Shown piece by piece: positions 1 through 12,700 of a stretch of DNA of 64,000 nucleotides. This DNA comes from Raillietiella orientalis. Its lineage: Eukaryota. Position numbers and translations under genes: made by a program. Location of the stretch: contig JAYWIR010000012.1 in NCBI GenBank assembly GCA_036172245.1, positions 3,348,001-3,412,000 of the forward strand. The letters are read 5' to 3'. The notes beneath the pieces are model-generated. The model was not told where the DNA came from. It did not search any database and worked only from the letters and a program-made list of their open reading frames with translations. Position 1 is the first letter of the stretch. Every line of letters begins with the position of its first letter.

Positions 1-1634
1 GGTTCAGTCGGACGGACGTGCCGCGGGAAGCTCAGGACGACCGAGTTGTGCATTCCAGGCCCCGTCGTCGTCGCTGGAGAGCAGGTGGGTTCGTCGCGCG
101 CACCGACGTCCACCTGACGTCCTTCCCAACGGGAGTCTCCAGGCCGATCTCACTGGACCTGGGGCGCTGTGGATCCGAACTGATGAAAGTGCGAGGAACG
201 GGAATCCCAGCTACCGCACCTGCTCGTAGACTGTGTTGCCCTCCGGCCCCTGCGGTCGCGTTGCGCAACGGCCCTTGGTGCACCGACCGACAATCCCAGG
301 CACGTGATGAAGCGCCTGTTCGTGCGCGATGCCCTTTCGCCTGCCGCATCCCCAGAGGCTCCTTGTTGCTGCCTACGAGGGATTGTGGCAGCCTGGAGCC
401 ACGCGAGAGGAGGACGGCGGAAATATAGGACGGAATGGAAATCCTTGGATTCTTCTTTTTCTTCTGTCTTCGCTGTTTTCCTTCCAGCTTTTTTTTTTTT
501 TAAAGATTTTTCTTTTTTTTGGTTCGCTAAGTACCTCAGAGCCGGTCGCGTGCCTCGCGGTGCACGTGACTCTTTTAAACACACTGTTTTGTTTCCACGC
601 CTCTCTCCTGAGACAACCCCGCAGGGGGGCGTATAATTCTTCAGGATAGGGGGTACCCCGGGATGGGGGTCCACCCTACGAATCCAGGAAGGGCTCGGAG
701 TCCGTTCCTTTCACTCTTAAGGAGAGATTCCCCCCGTCCGGGGGGGATCGCACCTCCCACCCTGGTTGTCTCCGAAGGGGAACCCTGAAGGGAATCTCCT
801 TCCTCATTCTCTCTGGAGGGACACCCCCCTGGGAGAGGGGTGGTCCTCTCCATTTCAAATTCTCCGAAGGGAACTTGGAAAGGATCCGCTAGTAGGAATT
901 TCTTCTCCGGAGGGAACACGCAAGGGAACCGCTCCTGTTCACTCCTCTGAAGAGAACCCCGAAGGGAGCTTCCGAAACTCAGAAGGGGCGCTGCAGCTTC
1001 CCGCAGGGAATCGCTCCCGCTTGCTCCCTTGCACTCTGTGAAGAGGCGACGACTCGGAGGGTCCCCCGCAACAGGGGGGTTCCGCTCCTTTGAACAACTG
1101 GAGAGGTGCCCGTGAGGGCTCCTGCTCCATCTTGAAACCGGAGGGGTCCCCTGGTGAGGGGAAACCGCTCTCCGTTGCACGACAGGAGGGGGAACTCCCC
1201 ACTCCTTTATTTCTGGAAGGACCCGAAGGTCGACTCGCATTGTTCCGATCTTCATCAGGGTCCTCCGGCTTAAACCACCACCAGTACCACGCCCGGATGG
1301 GGATGTCATCTGCTTCGCCCGGCGCTTCCTGCGGACGGCAGCAAGATGGACTTACCTGAGGCGTACTCGGATGGAACTTGCTGGCATCCTGGAAAGGACG
1401 CAGGGGATGTCCTCCAGCGGACAGTGATCTCTTCCCTAACTCTCCCAATTTTTTTGTATATATTTTTTTTGTTTTATTTCTGTTCTCCCCTCCCCCTCAG
1501 CTGTCAAGGCGAACCTCGCCGGCCGGTTACTCGGCAGGTTCCCAACATCCTCGGACGTTGTAGGGCCGATGGCCCTACTCCTATATGTTTACTATTTTTA
1601 TAACAAACGTCCCGGCGTACCGGGTGATAAACCA
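1..1634 (+). mobile_element. L1/Tx1-type LINE 3' fragment, decayed and split by a SINE-like insertion at about 430-1295
   Basis: Translation from about 152 gives HWTWGAVDPN**KCEERESQLPHLLVDC, a damaged ORF2 C-terminal CCHC knuckle. Segments 1-425 and 1296-1450 are collinear with the uninterrupted copy at 15180-15800 (-). A T-rich 3' UTR and the shared terminal hairpin (1602-1634) follow. Confidence 0.8.
450..1295 (-). mobile_element. Hairpin-array SINE-like element, long variant, tRNA head missing, A-rich tail
   Basis: Closely similar to 21880-22510 and shares blocks with 3300-3990, 25652-26410 and 32515-33312. The T-rich run at 450-520 is an A-rich tail on the minus strand. It interrupts a LINE. 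Confidence 0.8.
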
Positions 1635-1639
1635 ACCGG

Positions 1640-2520
1640 TGCCGTTTGACGGCAGAGAGCCCTGCTGTCGCACGCGCCACTCTGGAACCCACGTTGCCAA
1701 CCCTCCGGCTCCCTGTCGCATTGGAAGATCCCCGACCACCTGATATTTTTCATCACGGAGGTATCCATGGGCAGCAGCCTTACGGCTAGATGGGAGGTTA
1801 CTGTGGAAATCTCCGGAAGGAGAAGAGGACTGGGCGAGTGGAAGACGGACCAGCACATCGACGCTACGACCCCGAGTGCTCGATCTCGTGGACTTTTGCG
1901 CTGGGGCGTGCTGCTGGATATTTTGGAGGAAGACCTGCAGTGGCCCCCGGCGCTCATGAACACCCGCAGTCTCCCCTTAAAGTGGAAGTGATCGGCATTG
2001 ATGTTGCTGCACTGGGGCCTCCCGTGCAACGCCCGCCGGCATTATTGGACACGGGAGGGAGGGTGGACCCAAACTGTGCAAGGTGCAGGGAGCGGGAATC
2101 CTTCCCGCACCTACTAGTGGACTCCGGCCCCTTTGGGAATGCTTTGCAGCGAGCCCTAAACCGCCGGCGGCAACGCCAAAGACCGTGATGCGGCTCCTCT
2201 TTGTGCAAGACTCCCTGCAGCGCTTTGCCGCCTTCGTGGGGGGAGGCGGCGTGGAGCAACGCTAACGGAAAAGCCAACGACAGGGACTCCATCTGGGTTG
2301 CCATCCACTTCGCTCTCCGCTTTCTGTGGATAGAAGCCAAGTGAACCCCACCTAGATGTCAATATCAAGCAAAGACGTTGCCGGCACCTTCTAGAGGTTG
2401 CAGAGCACCGCCTCCAGCACCCCCACCCCACACAATTGTTGTATTTTAGTTTTCTTTATTTTTATTTTCCTTTGGCCCCTCCCCTCTGCTGTCGTGGTGG
2501 CCCTCACCGGTCTGCGAACC
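1640..2520 (+). mobile_element. Second L1/Tx1-type LINE 3' fragment, in tandem with the first
   Basis: RVDPNCARCRERESFPHLLVDS knuckle at about 2060-2125; similar to 54800-55450; T-rich 3' UTR at 2436-2470. Confidence 0.75.
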
Positions 2521-3294
2521 GGTAGCACGGTAGGGTATCCAAAGGAAGGAAGTGGTTGGACCAATGGTCCAACCACGGAGGTATCCTGCGTGGCGCGCGA
2601 CAACATCGCTGCGTGGGAAGCCTTGGGAGCGTCTGGGGGGAGAGGGGTACCTTCCAAACGCATCGCCAGGATCGGGAAGCGTCGAAGTGGGAAGCGGCAC
2701 CTACAGGAGGGAACCGGCACGGAGGCAGGTCCCTGGAAGGTCCACGTGAGGGATAGGTGGGGTGCACGCAACCCCACGGCACTGAGAGCCATCTCCTTCT
2801 TACCGGGAGGGGAGGAGGAGGAGGGGGTTTGGCCGAGGAAAGAGAAACAGAACTGCGCAGGCGCCGAGCAGGTGGGCCGACGCGTCTTTCAGGAGGGTGT
2901 AGGGATCCCTTAGCAGCCCGGAGTGCGGAAGAGCCACATGCCAGTGCATTTGGGTTGCCAGGAGCCGTTCAGGTGTTCCAGTCACGATGTGCTTGCCTCC
3001 GGCCTGCGCGATCCACAACCTCGCAGCTGGCTTGAGCGAAACCACGTCGGACTGGCGGAAACCACGGCGTGGCAGCCGGGCGTCCCCGCGCTCCTCTTCT
3101 GCGCCGCTTGGCCCACTCCTGCGGTCTGGTGAGACCGTCGGGAGAGTGCGCGTCTCGATCGTCTTCCTTTCCGTGCTCCAGGCCGGTGACGCCGCCGGCA
3201 AAGTTGCGCTTCGCGCCCACGCAGCAAACCGCGTGGTCCTTCCAGCAGGATCGCATCCGACAGGCTTCTGGTCTTCTCTTCCAGCTTCTCAGTT

Positions 3295-3990
3295 CTTTAT
3301 TTTGGTCCTCAAGGAGCGCTGAAGGGCTTTCCGCCCCCTCAGGGAAAAGGGAGGGTTTCATGAACTCTTGAACGCTGTCCAGGCTACCCAAGGGAGCGTG
3401 TGACTCTTCAAGTTAGAAGACAACCACGAGAGGTGACCACCCTACGAATCCAGGAAGGCTCCGGAGGAAGGGGAGTCCGTTCCTCTTGCTTACGCTCGAG
3501 AAGGGAATCCCGAAGGGAATCTCTTCCTTAGTTTCTCCGGAGGGACCTCCGGAAAAGATCCGCTCCTTGCATCCTCCTCATCTGAAGAGAACCCCGAAGG
3601 GACGTTTCCCGATTTGCCTCTGCAGAGCGCCCGAAGGGAGCAGCGCACTTTTTCTTAACACTCTGGAAAGGCAACTTCGATGGGGGAGTGTCAACCGGCT
3701 TCACAGTATGCGATAGGGGTTTCCTCCCCCCCTCCCCCAAGAGGAAGGACGGTTCCATTTTCACATCTGGAGGGGAACCCCAAAAGACCCCTGGATTCCT
3801 GGAAGGACCCGGGAGGGTCGAATTCGAATCCCGGACAGTCAATGGGGCATCCGGCTCTCGCCAGTAACGCATCCGAATGTGGGTCAACCAGCATCAGGGG
3901 AGTTCACGACGCACCGCTCATTCCTCGGCGTCGATCCTTCCCCGGGCGGGATTCGAACCCGCGACACCCGGTGCTGCGTGCGAAGATCGC
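3295..3990 (-). mobile_element. Hairpin-array SINE-like element with tRNA-like head
   Basis: Minus strand has the B-box/T-arm GCGGGTTCGAATCCCGC at about 3947-3963, then the shared body, and ends near TGAGGACCAAAATAAAG (about 3295-3312). Confidence 0.75.
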
Positions 3991-4630
3991 ATCCGCATTA
4001 CTGCCGACCGATGTGGGCCATTGGAGAGGGGGAGGGAGACGTGGTGACCGATTTCCGGCTGCTGCTGTCCTGGAGGTGCGGCGGGGGAGCAGTTGAGCAT
4101 CCGCGAACTCGGAAGAAAAATTGCGGATCGGACGCGCGAGCGCCGGGGGCGGGCGAGGAGGAGTCGAGCAGCTGCGAAGGAACCCGTCCGTCAGCCGGGG
4201 GCACCACGCGTTTCCGGCCGCGGCCGCGAGGCCGAGGGACCGTCGGGACGGACCGCGCAGGAGCCGCGCCTTACTCGCGCCCGTGGACTTCCGCCGCCGT
4301 CGCTTCCTGCCGGAAAGCGGCGTCCCTCCAAAGCACCTCCTAGCAAGGGAAAACGGGGAGAGAAGCCCCGAGACGGTCCCGAGACGCACAGGAAGGAGGT
4401 CCCTCACTCAAAGAGGAAGGAGGAGGACCACTGCGGACGAAACGTTTTTATTACCATTAGTAGATGGCGGTAGTCCCGGGAGAGGCGACTCCCGTTCACG
4501 AGAAGGTTAGCAGCACATTTTTCCTTGCTTAATCGGTGAGCTTGTCTGAGGGCGAAGCCGTGGCAACCGAGGCTGGAGGCAGCGGCAGCGGCTCGGAGGC
4601 GGGAATTCCTGCGTCCGGCGCTTCTCGTCC

Positions 4631-5613
4631 TCACAACTTGATCTGCAAAGAGAAGGGAGTCAAGGAGCGGCAGGAGCGGGGGCTTCGCGGAGGGTGTACG
4701 GGACCTCCGCAAATTGGTCTCGCCGGTTACACGGCTGTGCGGGGTGCATGCGCTGCTGCAACTCACGGGGTGCTCGGAAGAAGCAGTAGCGCATCTCCTT
4801 CATTTTCATCATCATCATTATCTTCTTCTTCCTTTTCATCTTCTTATTCTTCATTTCCTTCTTCTTCATCATCATGATAGTCATCTGTTCTTTTTCTTCA
4901 TCTTCATCTTCTTTCCCCCTGCTTTTTCCGGGCCCCGCCGCCGTTCCGAAGCCTGCCGGCGCACGAGAGGCAGGGAGCGGAGGGGAAACCCGGAAAGACT
5001 GCAAGCCAGCGTTCTGCAAGACGAAGAGGATCGGCGGATGCCACTCCGTCCCGGGGCATGCCGCGGAAGAGAGTGCCCCTCCGTCGGGTCCCTGGCACAG
5101 CCGCAGAGTCTCCGTACTGCGTCCCCTCCTCACTGCCAACAGAGCTTCTCGCAGTGCTTCCCTCCTCCCCCCCGGAAGGCCGCGGCAGCGGCGCAAGCCG
5201 AGCGCTCAGGGCCCCCTCGCCTCACCTTCTTCACCGGCAGCGCCTTGGAGGCCCTCAGCGGCGGCGACCCTCCTTCCAAGATCTTGCGGGTGATGATCTC
5301 TGGCTGCCTCCGCTTCTGAAAGGGGGAGCGCCCGCTGAGGCCTCCCTGAGGAGGAGCTCCCACTCACCAGGATCCTCCGCTTCTCCGCGCACGCGAACTC
5401 GGACTCGTCGATGTCGTTGTAGCAGTCACTCTCGTAGTGGCCCTGGGGCTGCTGCTTGCCGTTGAACTGGCAGAGTCTTTCCAGGGGGCGCGCCACGACC
5501 AGCATGCTGTCGAAAGACATCGGCTTGTGTTGAGGGCAGTAAAAAACCTCCGGGTGGGCCTCGTCGAAGACGATACTCTTCAGCAGCACGTCCCCGCACA
5601 GCGCCGCCGGGAC
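4631..5613 (-). CDS. Orphan spliced gene, 3' exons (5613-5368, 5315-5226, possible last exon 4642-4631); upstream exons not resolved
   Basis: Two phase-0 exons of 246 and 90 nt with canonical sites (ttgcag|GTC, CTG|gtgagt, tttcag|AAG, AAG|gtgagg), a 52-nt intron and GC3-rich codons. Peptide VPAALCGDVLLKSIVFDEAHPEVFYCPQHKP...KRRQPEIITRKILEGG. No family recognised. Confidence 0.5.
4800..4915. repeat. Degenerate (TCA/TCT)n trinucleotide tract
   Basis: catcatcatcattatcttcttctt... read directly. Confidence 0.8.
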
Positions 5614-8600
5614 CTGCAAGAGCACGTGGCGGGGGTGGAGGCGGAGACAGAGCGCGGGATGGAAGGGGGTGGGTGGAGCGGGAGCGAAGGAGGAACGAGC
5701 CGTATTCCGGCCCTTCCTCCTCCCTCTTCGCCACCGTCACCAGCAAAAGTCGGCGGGAGCAGGTGGGGGAGGCCACCCTTCTTCTCCGCCTGCTCCTCCT
5801 GTCCGTCCGCAGCAGCACCCCTACCACCGCTGCCCCCACCATTCTCCCTGGCTTCACTAAATCGTCGCCCCTTCCCACGCCAAGGAGAAAAGGATGGTGG
5901 CGCTCCAGGACGTCAGCAGCGAGAGAATTCATCGCCTGCGTTGCGCAAGGGGTCGAGGGTGAGAAGGACAGGAGTCCAGTGACCCGCCTTGCCCCCTCCA
6001 TCGAAGCGTCCGTGGTGACCTCTCGGGAAGGAAGAAAACAGACCGGAAGAGAGGAATCCGAGTAAGAAGCTCGGTCGCGGAGAGAGGGTCGACTGCCTGC
6101 AGTTCCCGGGGACAACCGGAAGGCAGAGAGGGACAAGTCCGTAGCGGTGCCCCCGGAGGTCAGTCCGGAGCGGCGGCGAGGACTACCCGGCAGCCGAACG
6201 GGTCCTCGAGGCACTCCGGCAGCGTCGCTGCTGCAGCCGCAGTCTCCGCTGGTTCCTACGAGTTCCACCGCAAGATGAGCGGCTCCACCCAGCGAAGAGG
6301 GACGGACCGCCACGACATAGAGGGCATTTCCTTGTCGTTTCACCGCGATCGCGGGGAAGGACCCCGTGCTTCCGGGACGGCTCTGCGGCGCCACGCTGCC
6401 GGCAGCCACTCCGGGAAAAGAAAGAAACGGAGCGGAGCTCTCTGGCCACCCGACAAGTCGACGCTCCCTCGCGACCTCCCGAAAGAACGAAGCCCGCACA
6501 CGGCTGCGGTCCAGCTGCAAAACCGCAGCACGTCCCATCGTGCGGGAGAAACCCATCGGGATGCCAAAGAGAACCACAGAATTGCATCCGCCTTCTTCTC
6601 CTTCGCGGACGAGAAGCGCAGGAAAGAGCTCGTCCCGGCAAAATCATTGGACGGGAGCAGAAGGATGGGGAGTTGCGCCTGGATAGTCGAGGTGCATCCG
6701 TCCGGAACAAACGCAACCCTCCGCCTGGAATTCCGTGACGGCTGCCAAAGCGCGCAGCTACTCCTCCTGCGTCCCTGGCGCAGAATCACTTCCGAGAGGA
6801 TCTTCTCTTCGCCTTCCGGCAGCATCCGCCTCGCTTCCGTTGCCAGTTGCCACGATTGGCATTCCTGTTGCATAGAAGGAAAAGCATGGAAATCCCTCCT
6901 GACTGTCTCTGCGACATGATCCCGATGGAGCCACCCTCCCTCTTCTCTCTCTCTTCAGCAACTAATCCTCGCCTAAAGATGCTCCATTTGCAAAGACTCG
7001 TTCGTCAGTAATTTTAAGAACGCAAAGGGAGCATTTTATTTAAAGAAACCAACATGGTTTCACGGTCCGTCAACCATCCGACAGCCTCGAATTAATAGTC
7101 ATATTTTATCCAGGTAGGATGCACACGAGGACCGTCTTTAAATCTTCCGCAGGACGCCATATGATATGACTACAGCGTCATGACGTACCATACAAATGCA
7201 GCATCAGACAATGACAAGTCCCTACTTTCTTCATGGAGTCTGCGTTTTCATCAAGTGTGGTGGGAAGGAAATGACAGGAGTCTCAATCACATTTCATTAC
7301 TTCCTGGGGGAAATCAAGTACCAAGAGAAATCTGTCTGTATAGTGGCTAGAAAGGAAGCTCATTATCCCCTGACACGAGCAGCAAAGATCGCAAAGATGG
7401 TCGCACGAATGTCAAGATAATCAAATCATGCTGCATTCACGGACGGTCGATAGGAACACTTGTGTTCACTGCAGTCGATTAGCAGCTGAACGCCAGACGA
7501 ATAATTAAAGGGACCTTAAACATGAACTTTCTTTTTTGTGGAAATCCAAAAAACTTCGCTACGTCCATCGGGGAGAGCGTAAACGAACCGCACTGTGTTA
7601 GAAGCCTCACAATGTTGGAAGAAAGTGGGCTGATGAAGGGTGGAAGTAGCACGGAAAGGTTGACCCTTACGAAGAATCTTTGAAAGAATAAACAGAAGCT
7701 GTAGCATTGGATTCGCTGGCAGCAAATTGAAAATTCACTCGAATTTTGAAGCAGTTGCTCAAATACTCGAATTTCCAAGCCCCAGTTTTAACAGCCGTAA
7801 GCCACGGCAGGTTTTCCTCTCCACCTCTCCGTTTTCCCCTCCCCCCCTCTCATCTCTCTGTTGTGTGTGCAACTTTGCCATATAAACTAATGAGCTTGAC
7901 AAGTTTCACATCACAACATTTTGCAGCATGCGGAGAATCAGAGGGCAGGAACCCTACTTACCCAGTCAAGCAGAAAAATATCACAATCGTGATCACCAAC
8001 TTGCTTCGAGTATATCGTTTGGTGAAACACAAAAATAAAGTAATAATAAATGGATCCTTTGCTTGCTTCCAAATGTTCGATCTGACACAACAAAAACAAT
8101 GTCCAAACTAATACTGAGTCAGTTCCCCAAAGTTGCAAAATATAGTGTGCTTTTGTTTGCTATTTTCTAAATAAAAAAAAAAGGAGGAAGAGAAAGAAAG
8201 GAAACATGTAGCACGAATTATTCCATTCTTCTTGCTTTGTGTTGCATGAATAACCAGGCAGTTGGGAAAAAACAGACTTGTTTTTTCACTTTTGACCAAT
8301 CGGATCAACTGAATAACCAACTGACTTGGGAATCCACTCGGTGCCTGGAGGCGAAGAGTTTTCAGATTCTTAATCAGAAGTAAATTATGGAATCGAAAGA
8401 TTTTGCAATTATTATTTTCATGTCAATTAGGAAATGCCGAAAATTCCCCGAGTGCTGCAATGCCTTATATCATAAGCACAGTGTCACAGCACTGATTAAC
8501 TTGTTTACGATTAAATCAGCACCCTCATTAGCAGATACACATTGAAATTCAAAGTTCGTTTTCGACTGTAAATGATAAGAACGAAATTACATGAAAAATA

Positions 8601-9753
8601 TACTCACATAAGCAAATAATAGCAGGCAATAAAATGAACCTACAAAGGAAGGAGAGAGAGAAAAACAAAATCAGTTTCTTCAGTGATTGGACATTCAAGA
8701 ATTTCTTTCATCTCTGTTTAGGACAACAAAGGAATTTTTTCATTTATACATTAATTTCCAAAGGGGTGGGGGGAAAAGGAGGTGGGGTGGGGGGACATGT
8801 AGCATGCAACAGCATTATGCAAAACAGAAACAAATGCAACAGTTTTTGCTTCGTGGCATCCTTTGAAGGAATCATACTGATGTAGGTCCTCCAAGGCAGG
8901 GAAGCATTTTTTATCCTTCTACGTGGTTTACGAGTCAGTGCAAATATTATCTCGCACACGTTTTCTCTGGCGTAGCAAACTTTGCTCAGATGCTCTGATC
9001 ATGATTTTGGGCAAAATTTGCGACTGCGAAATGATTTTGCAACTTTTGACTTCAAACAAAAAAAACTAGAGGAATGTTGGTTTAGAGACGCGGCACTAAG
9101 CGGTTAGTAATCCACATTTGCAAACTGAATCTATAGCTTACCCATTATGCACCTATATTCTGAAAATCACTGTGAATCATCTCCTAGCTGATTAATTTTC
9201 AACACGTTACGTCCACCTGAATGTTGCATCATTTGGATGCAGCGACTTTGGCACCCTCGAGGCATATTCTCGTTATGGTGGCAGCGAAGCTCCCGCACTT
9301 GGCTGCGCTGGTTGGTCTGGCTGACCGTCGGCCTCTTGGCTGAGTGGGGGCGGTCGCCTGTGAACTCCCTGCGGGTGTACAAGTTAGGCATCTTGTTTCC
9401 ACGACACCTTCGTCTTTGGGTGCTGTTTTTTTTCCAAGTTTGCTATTGTGGATGCCGTACGGAAGCGTTGTTTAACTGATGCGTGTATGCCAAGGTATTA
9501 GGTTTCCTTATCAAACACGATCTTTCTTATACTGGGTGAAAAAACCCTTGTGTTATTATTTTCATGTTGTGTGAAAACTTCTGTACCTTTCAATTTTAAG
9601 TATTCCCACGTATTGTAGCGTTTGCTTCGATCAGTTTACTGTTTGGTTGCTTCTAACGTTGATTCTGTATCTACATATCAGTTTGCTGCTTGGATATCCC
9701 ATAAGGATTGTAAACATTTATGATGCTTTAAAGTGAACCGAATAGTTAGAAGT

Positions 9754-12700
9754 ATGGCAACTGCTGTGCTTGGTACTGGTAAAACGATTGCCGTTCTTGC
9801 CATTGTGATTGGATGTTTTGCAATTCTCTGCCCCAAAATATTTTTTCCCATGTTTCAAGCCTCGGTTTCCTCCAATAATTATGGGAAAGAAGGTAAGATA
9901 TGCAGTCATTTTTCATTTTGTTTCTATGATGGTATTCATGTTGAACAGTGCAGTTTAAGTGTCATATTTACATCTATAGTGATTATCTGAAGTGTATCAT
10001 AAGCTGAATTATGTGGTCAAACAAAAGAGTTTTCAATTTAATTTATCTTCAGCCTATCATAGTCCACTCGTTTTTCAAGACAACATTGGCTGCATTCGTT
10101 TGCTGTCATGTAGAAAATTGATAATGAAGGACCGAGTTTCACTGGAGTCATTCAAAAAAACATCAAGAATTGCTTACAATCTTTTTATAACTCAGTCCTG
10201 TAATCAAGAGGTTTTGGATCGCTGTTCGTTTAATTTGACTAAGATTTTGGGTCATTGGTCAGATCAGCAACTTAAAGCTAATCTTAATAAGTGTATTCAG
10301 AAAGCATGCTCAGCCATCAAGGTTAATGAGCCCTCCTTGTGGACAAACAGACCGTATAGTAAGCAAGAAAGTCTACGTATTTAAATGCATGAATTGATAA
10401 AACAAGAGTTGCTTCTAATCTTGGAGATTTTTGCTGATGCTAATTTTTTTAACTTTTAATTGCTCAAAATATGGTCAGAAGTTTTAAAAAATTTTTTCTA
10501 AACTGGTCATTTCATGATGCCTCGGAAAATCAGCAACAGAGGTGCAATATGGATGGATCATTGGAACATCTTTGACTTGTATTTCTGTAATGTAACAGAA
10601 GCAATCATGTTTTAAAATAGGTATTTAACAATCAGTTAAATACATAGAGATATTTGGTTGTCTACTTAATGTAATCGTCATGTTGATTTGTATTCTTACT
10701 TGACACTTCTCAATTAGAGGATAATTAAATAGTTGATAAATTCTTGGGAGTTCGTAGCTAATTGTAGCTGTATATAGCTATTTGTATATAGCTGTTTCCT
10801 TTTCAAACCATGTAATCTTGCACCATTTTCTTGGATATACTGTTGACATTTGGTTTCTTCTAGGTCTCTTTTATCATTTTGGAAAACTGCATTTTTTGCA
10901 AGTATATTTGTTAATATCAAAAAAATGCCCATAATCAAATGGTGGTGTTAACTGATTGTAACTTAAAACTTGTTTAGGCCATTTTGCCAGTGCATGCTAG
11001 TGCTTACGAAACAATTGTGCTAGTTTGATGTGATGTATGTATTACTGATGTATTAAAGAAAGGTTGCTCAGTTCATTAAGGCATTTTTAGTTTATGATTC
11101 TATGCTTCAGAAAATGGTATTTGAAAGTGTTCCCCCCCCCCTCCTTGCTTGCAAATGACTAACATTCTTTCTGGTCATCTGTATTTAACAGCAAGAGTTC
11201 CGAATGTTTCAACTCGCTGTTGATTGTTATGTGCAGTTATTTATCTGATGATATTACTGTTTTCAGAAGCACTGCATTATTCACTTCACCCAAGTTTGTC
11301 ACATCTCAACAGGCATGGTGATCCTTCTGGAATCAGGTCACCTAATCAAGTGAGTCTTTATTGGTTTTGTTGATTTTGGAGTACTTTGTGTCAGCCTAGA
11401 ATGGGTGGTCCTCCAGTTGGTCCTTTACTTACCATGCCCACAACCAAAGGAAGTGGCAGCTTGGGTATTATCATGCCCCTTTATACCCTGGGTATATTGA
11501 TCTTTTTTGTGTATACATTGTTAAAGGTACAAGAAGAATTTCGAAAATTGTTTTCAAACTTGCAACTTTTATCTTACATAAGGTGTTATTTCGAAAGCCC
11601 GCAGACAAGCAGTCATTCTCGCCTGAAAGTCAAGACCGTCTTAAGCATCTTTTGCATTCAGGAAAAAGAGCATGTGATGTTGATGAAGACCATCCAGAAG
11701 CAAGGAGAACTAAAGGGAAGCATTTGATTGGTAAGTAATTGCCAAGTTAAAAATCAGATGAGGGGGCTTTTCTCAATTATGAAGTAGTACCTCTTTTTCA
11801 CGTATTGCTAACTATTCTTTTTTCATATGATCTCAGAGTGCAGGATTTCTTCTAGTAAGTACTGTATGATCTGCACGGTGTGAATGTGCTCTCTACATGA
11901 CTGTCAGTGCAGGTCTTCCTCCTAATCAGCAGTGGTGCAATTTGAAGGAAAATTAGGGGGGAAATGCAGGCTTTGGCATCCTCTGGCAAAGAGATGTTTT
12001 TCATTACATTTTGCATTTTTTATTAGAGGATGAAGAGATTAGCTATTTAAGACATCGTTTGGCTGAGACTGAGACAGTCATCCAAAGAATGATGGACCAG
12101 ATGGAACAAGTTTCAGGGCACCTAAATTTGGCTTCCTTACAGGAAACTGCTAAGGTTCACTGTTCATAGTGTTCACCATGTTTCCTGCACTGCTATGCAT
12201 TTGCATTACAAATGTATTGTTTTTTTGCTTATCCCGTAGTTGAGACTGCACTTGGCGGGATCCTCTGTGAAATGGAAGAGTTTTATGCCAGTCTTAAGCA
12301 ACAAAACCTGACCCAGGCGCTTAGCTTGCAGCCTAAGTGCCAGGATCAGGTTAGAAGCTTTGGTGCATGTGCATATCTGCATGTGCCTGCTTGCTTCATC
12401 TCTGACTGACATATTGTGTACATGTTCCTTTGTTTCCAAAGCCTGCAGCTCCAGAAGAAACAGCAACTTCAGTTGCATCAGATGAACTTCCAACTGATGA
12501 TGTAGGTCAGAATGTAGTCCTCAGTACCGGAACAGCCTGTCCACGTCACGTTTTGGTGTCAGAAGCTCAATGTGAAACTGTCGACGAAAGTTCCGAACTT
12601 TTACCAGAAGAAAAGGACAGTGGTGTGATTGTTGCAGCTCAGGTCAAATTGTCTCTCTTAAATGATCAGAGTGAGGAAGTACCAGCAGAAGTGGTAAGTA

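Noticed and set aside
760..1240. CRISPR-like reading of the repeat array
   Set aside because: Units are degenerate, linkers are only about 10 nt, the context is eukaryotic and there are no cas genes.
1235..1262. CTGATGA on the minus strand, a possible hammerhead core
   Set aside because: No stem II followed by GAAA, and the motif is not kept in the headed copies.
3940..3990. Functional nuclear tRNA gene
   Set aside because: Only the T arm is good; there is no acceptor stem, and the sequence continues into the repeat body.
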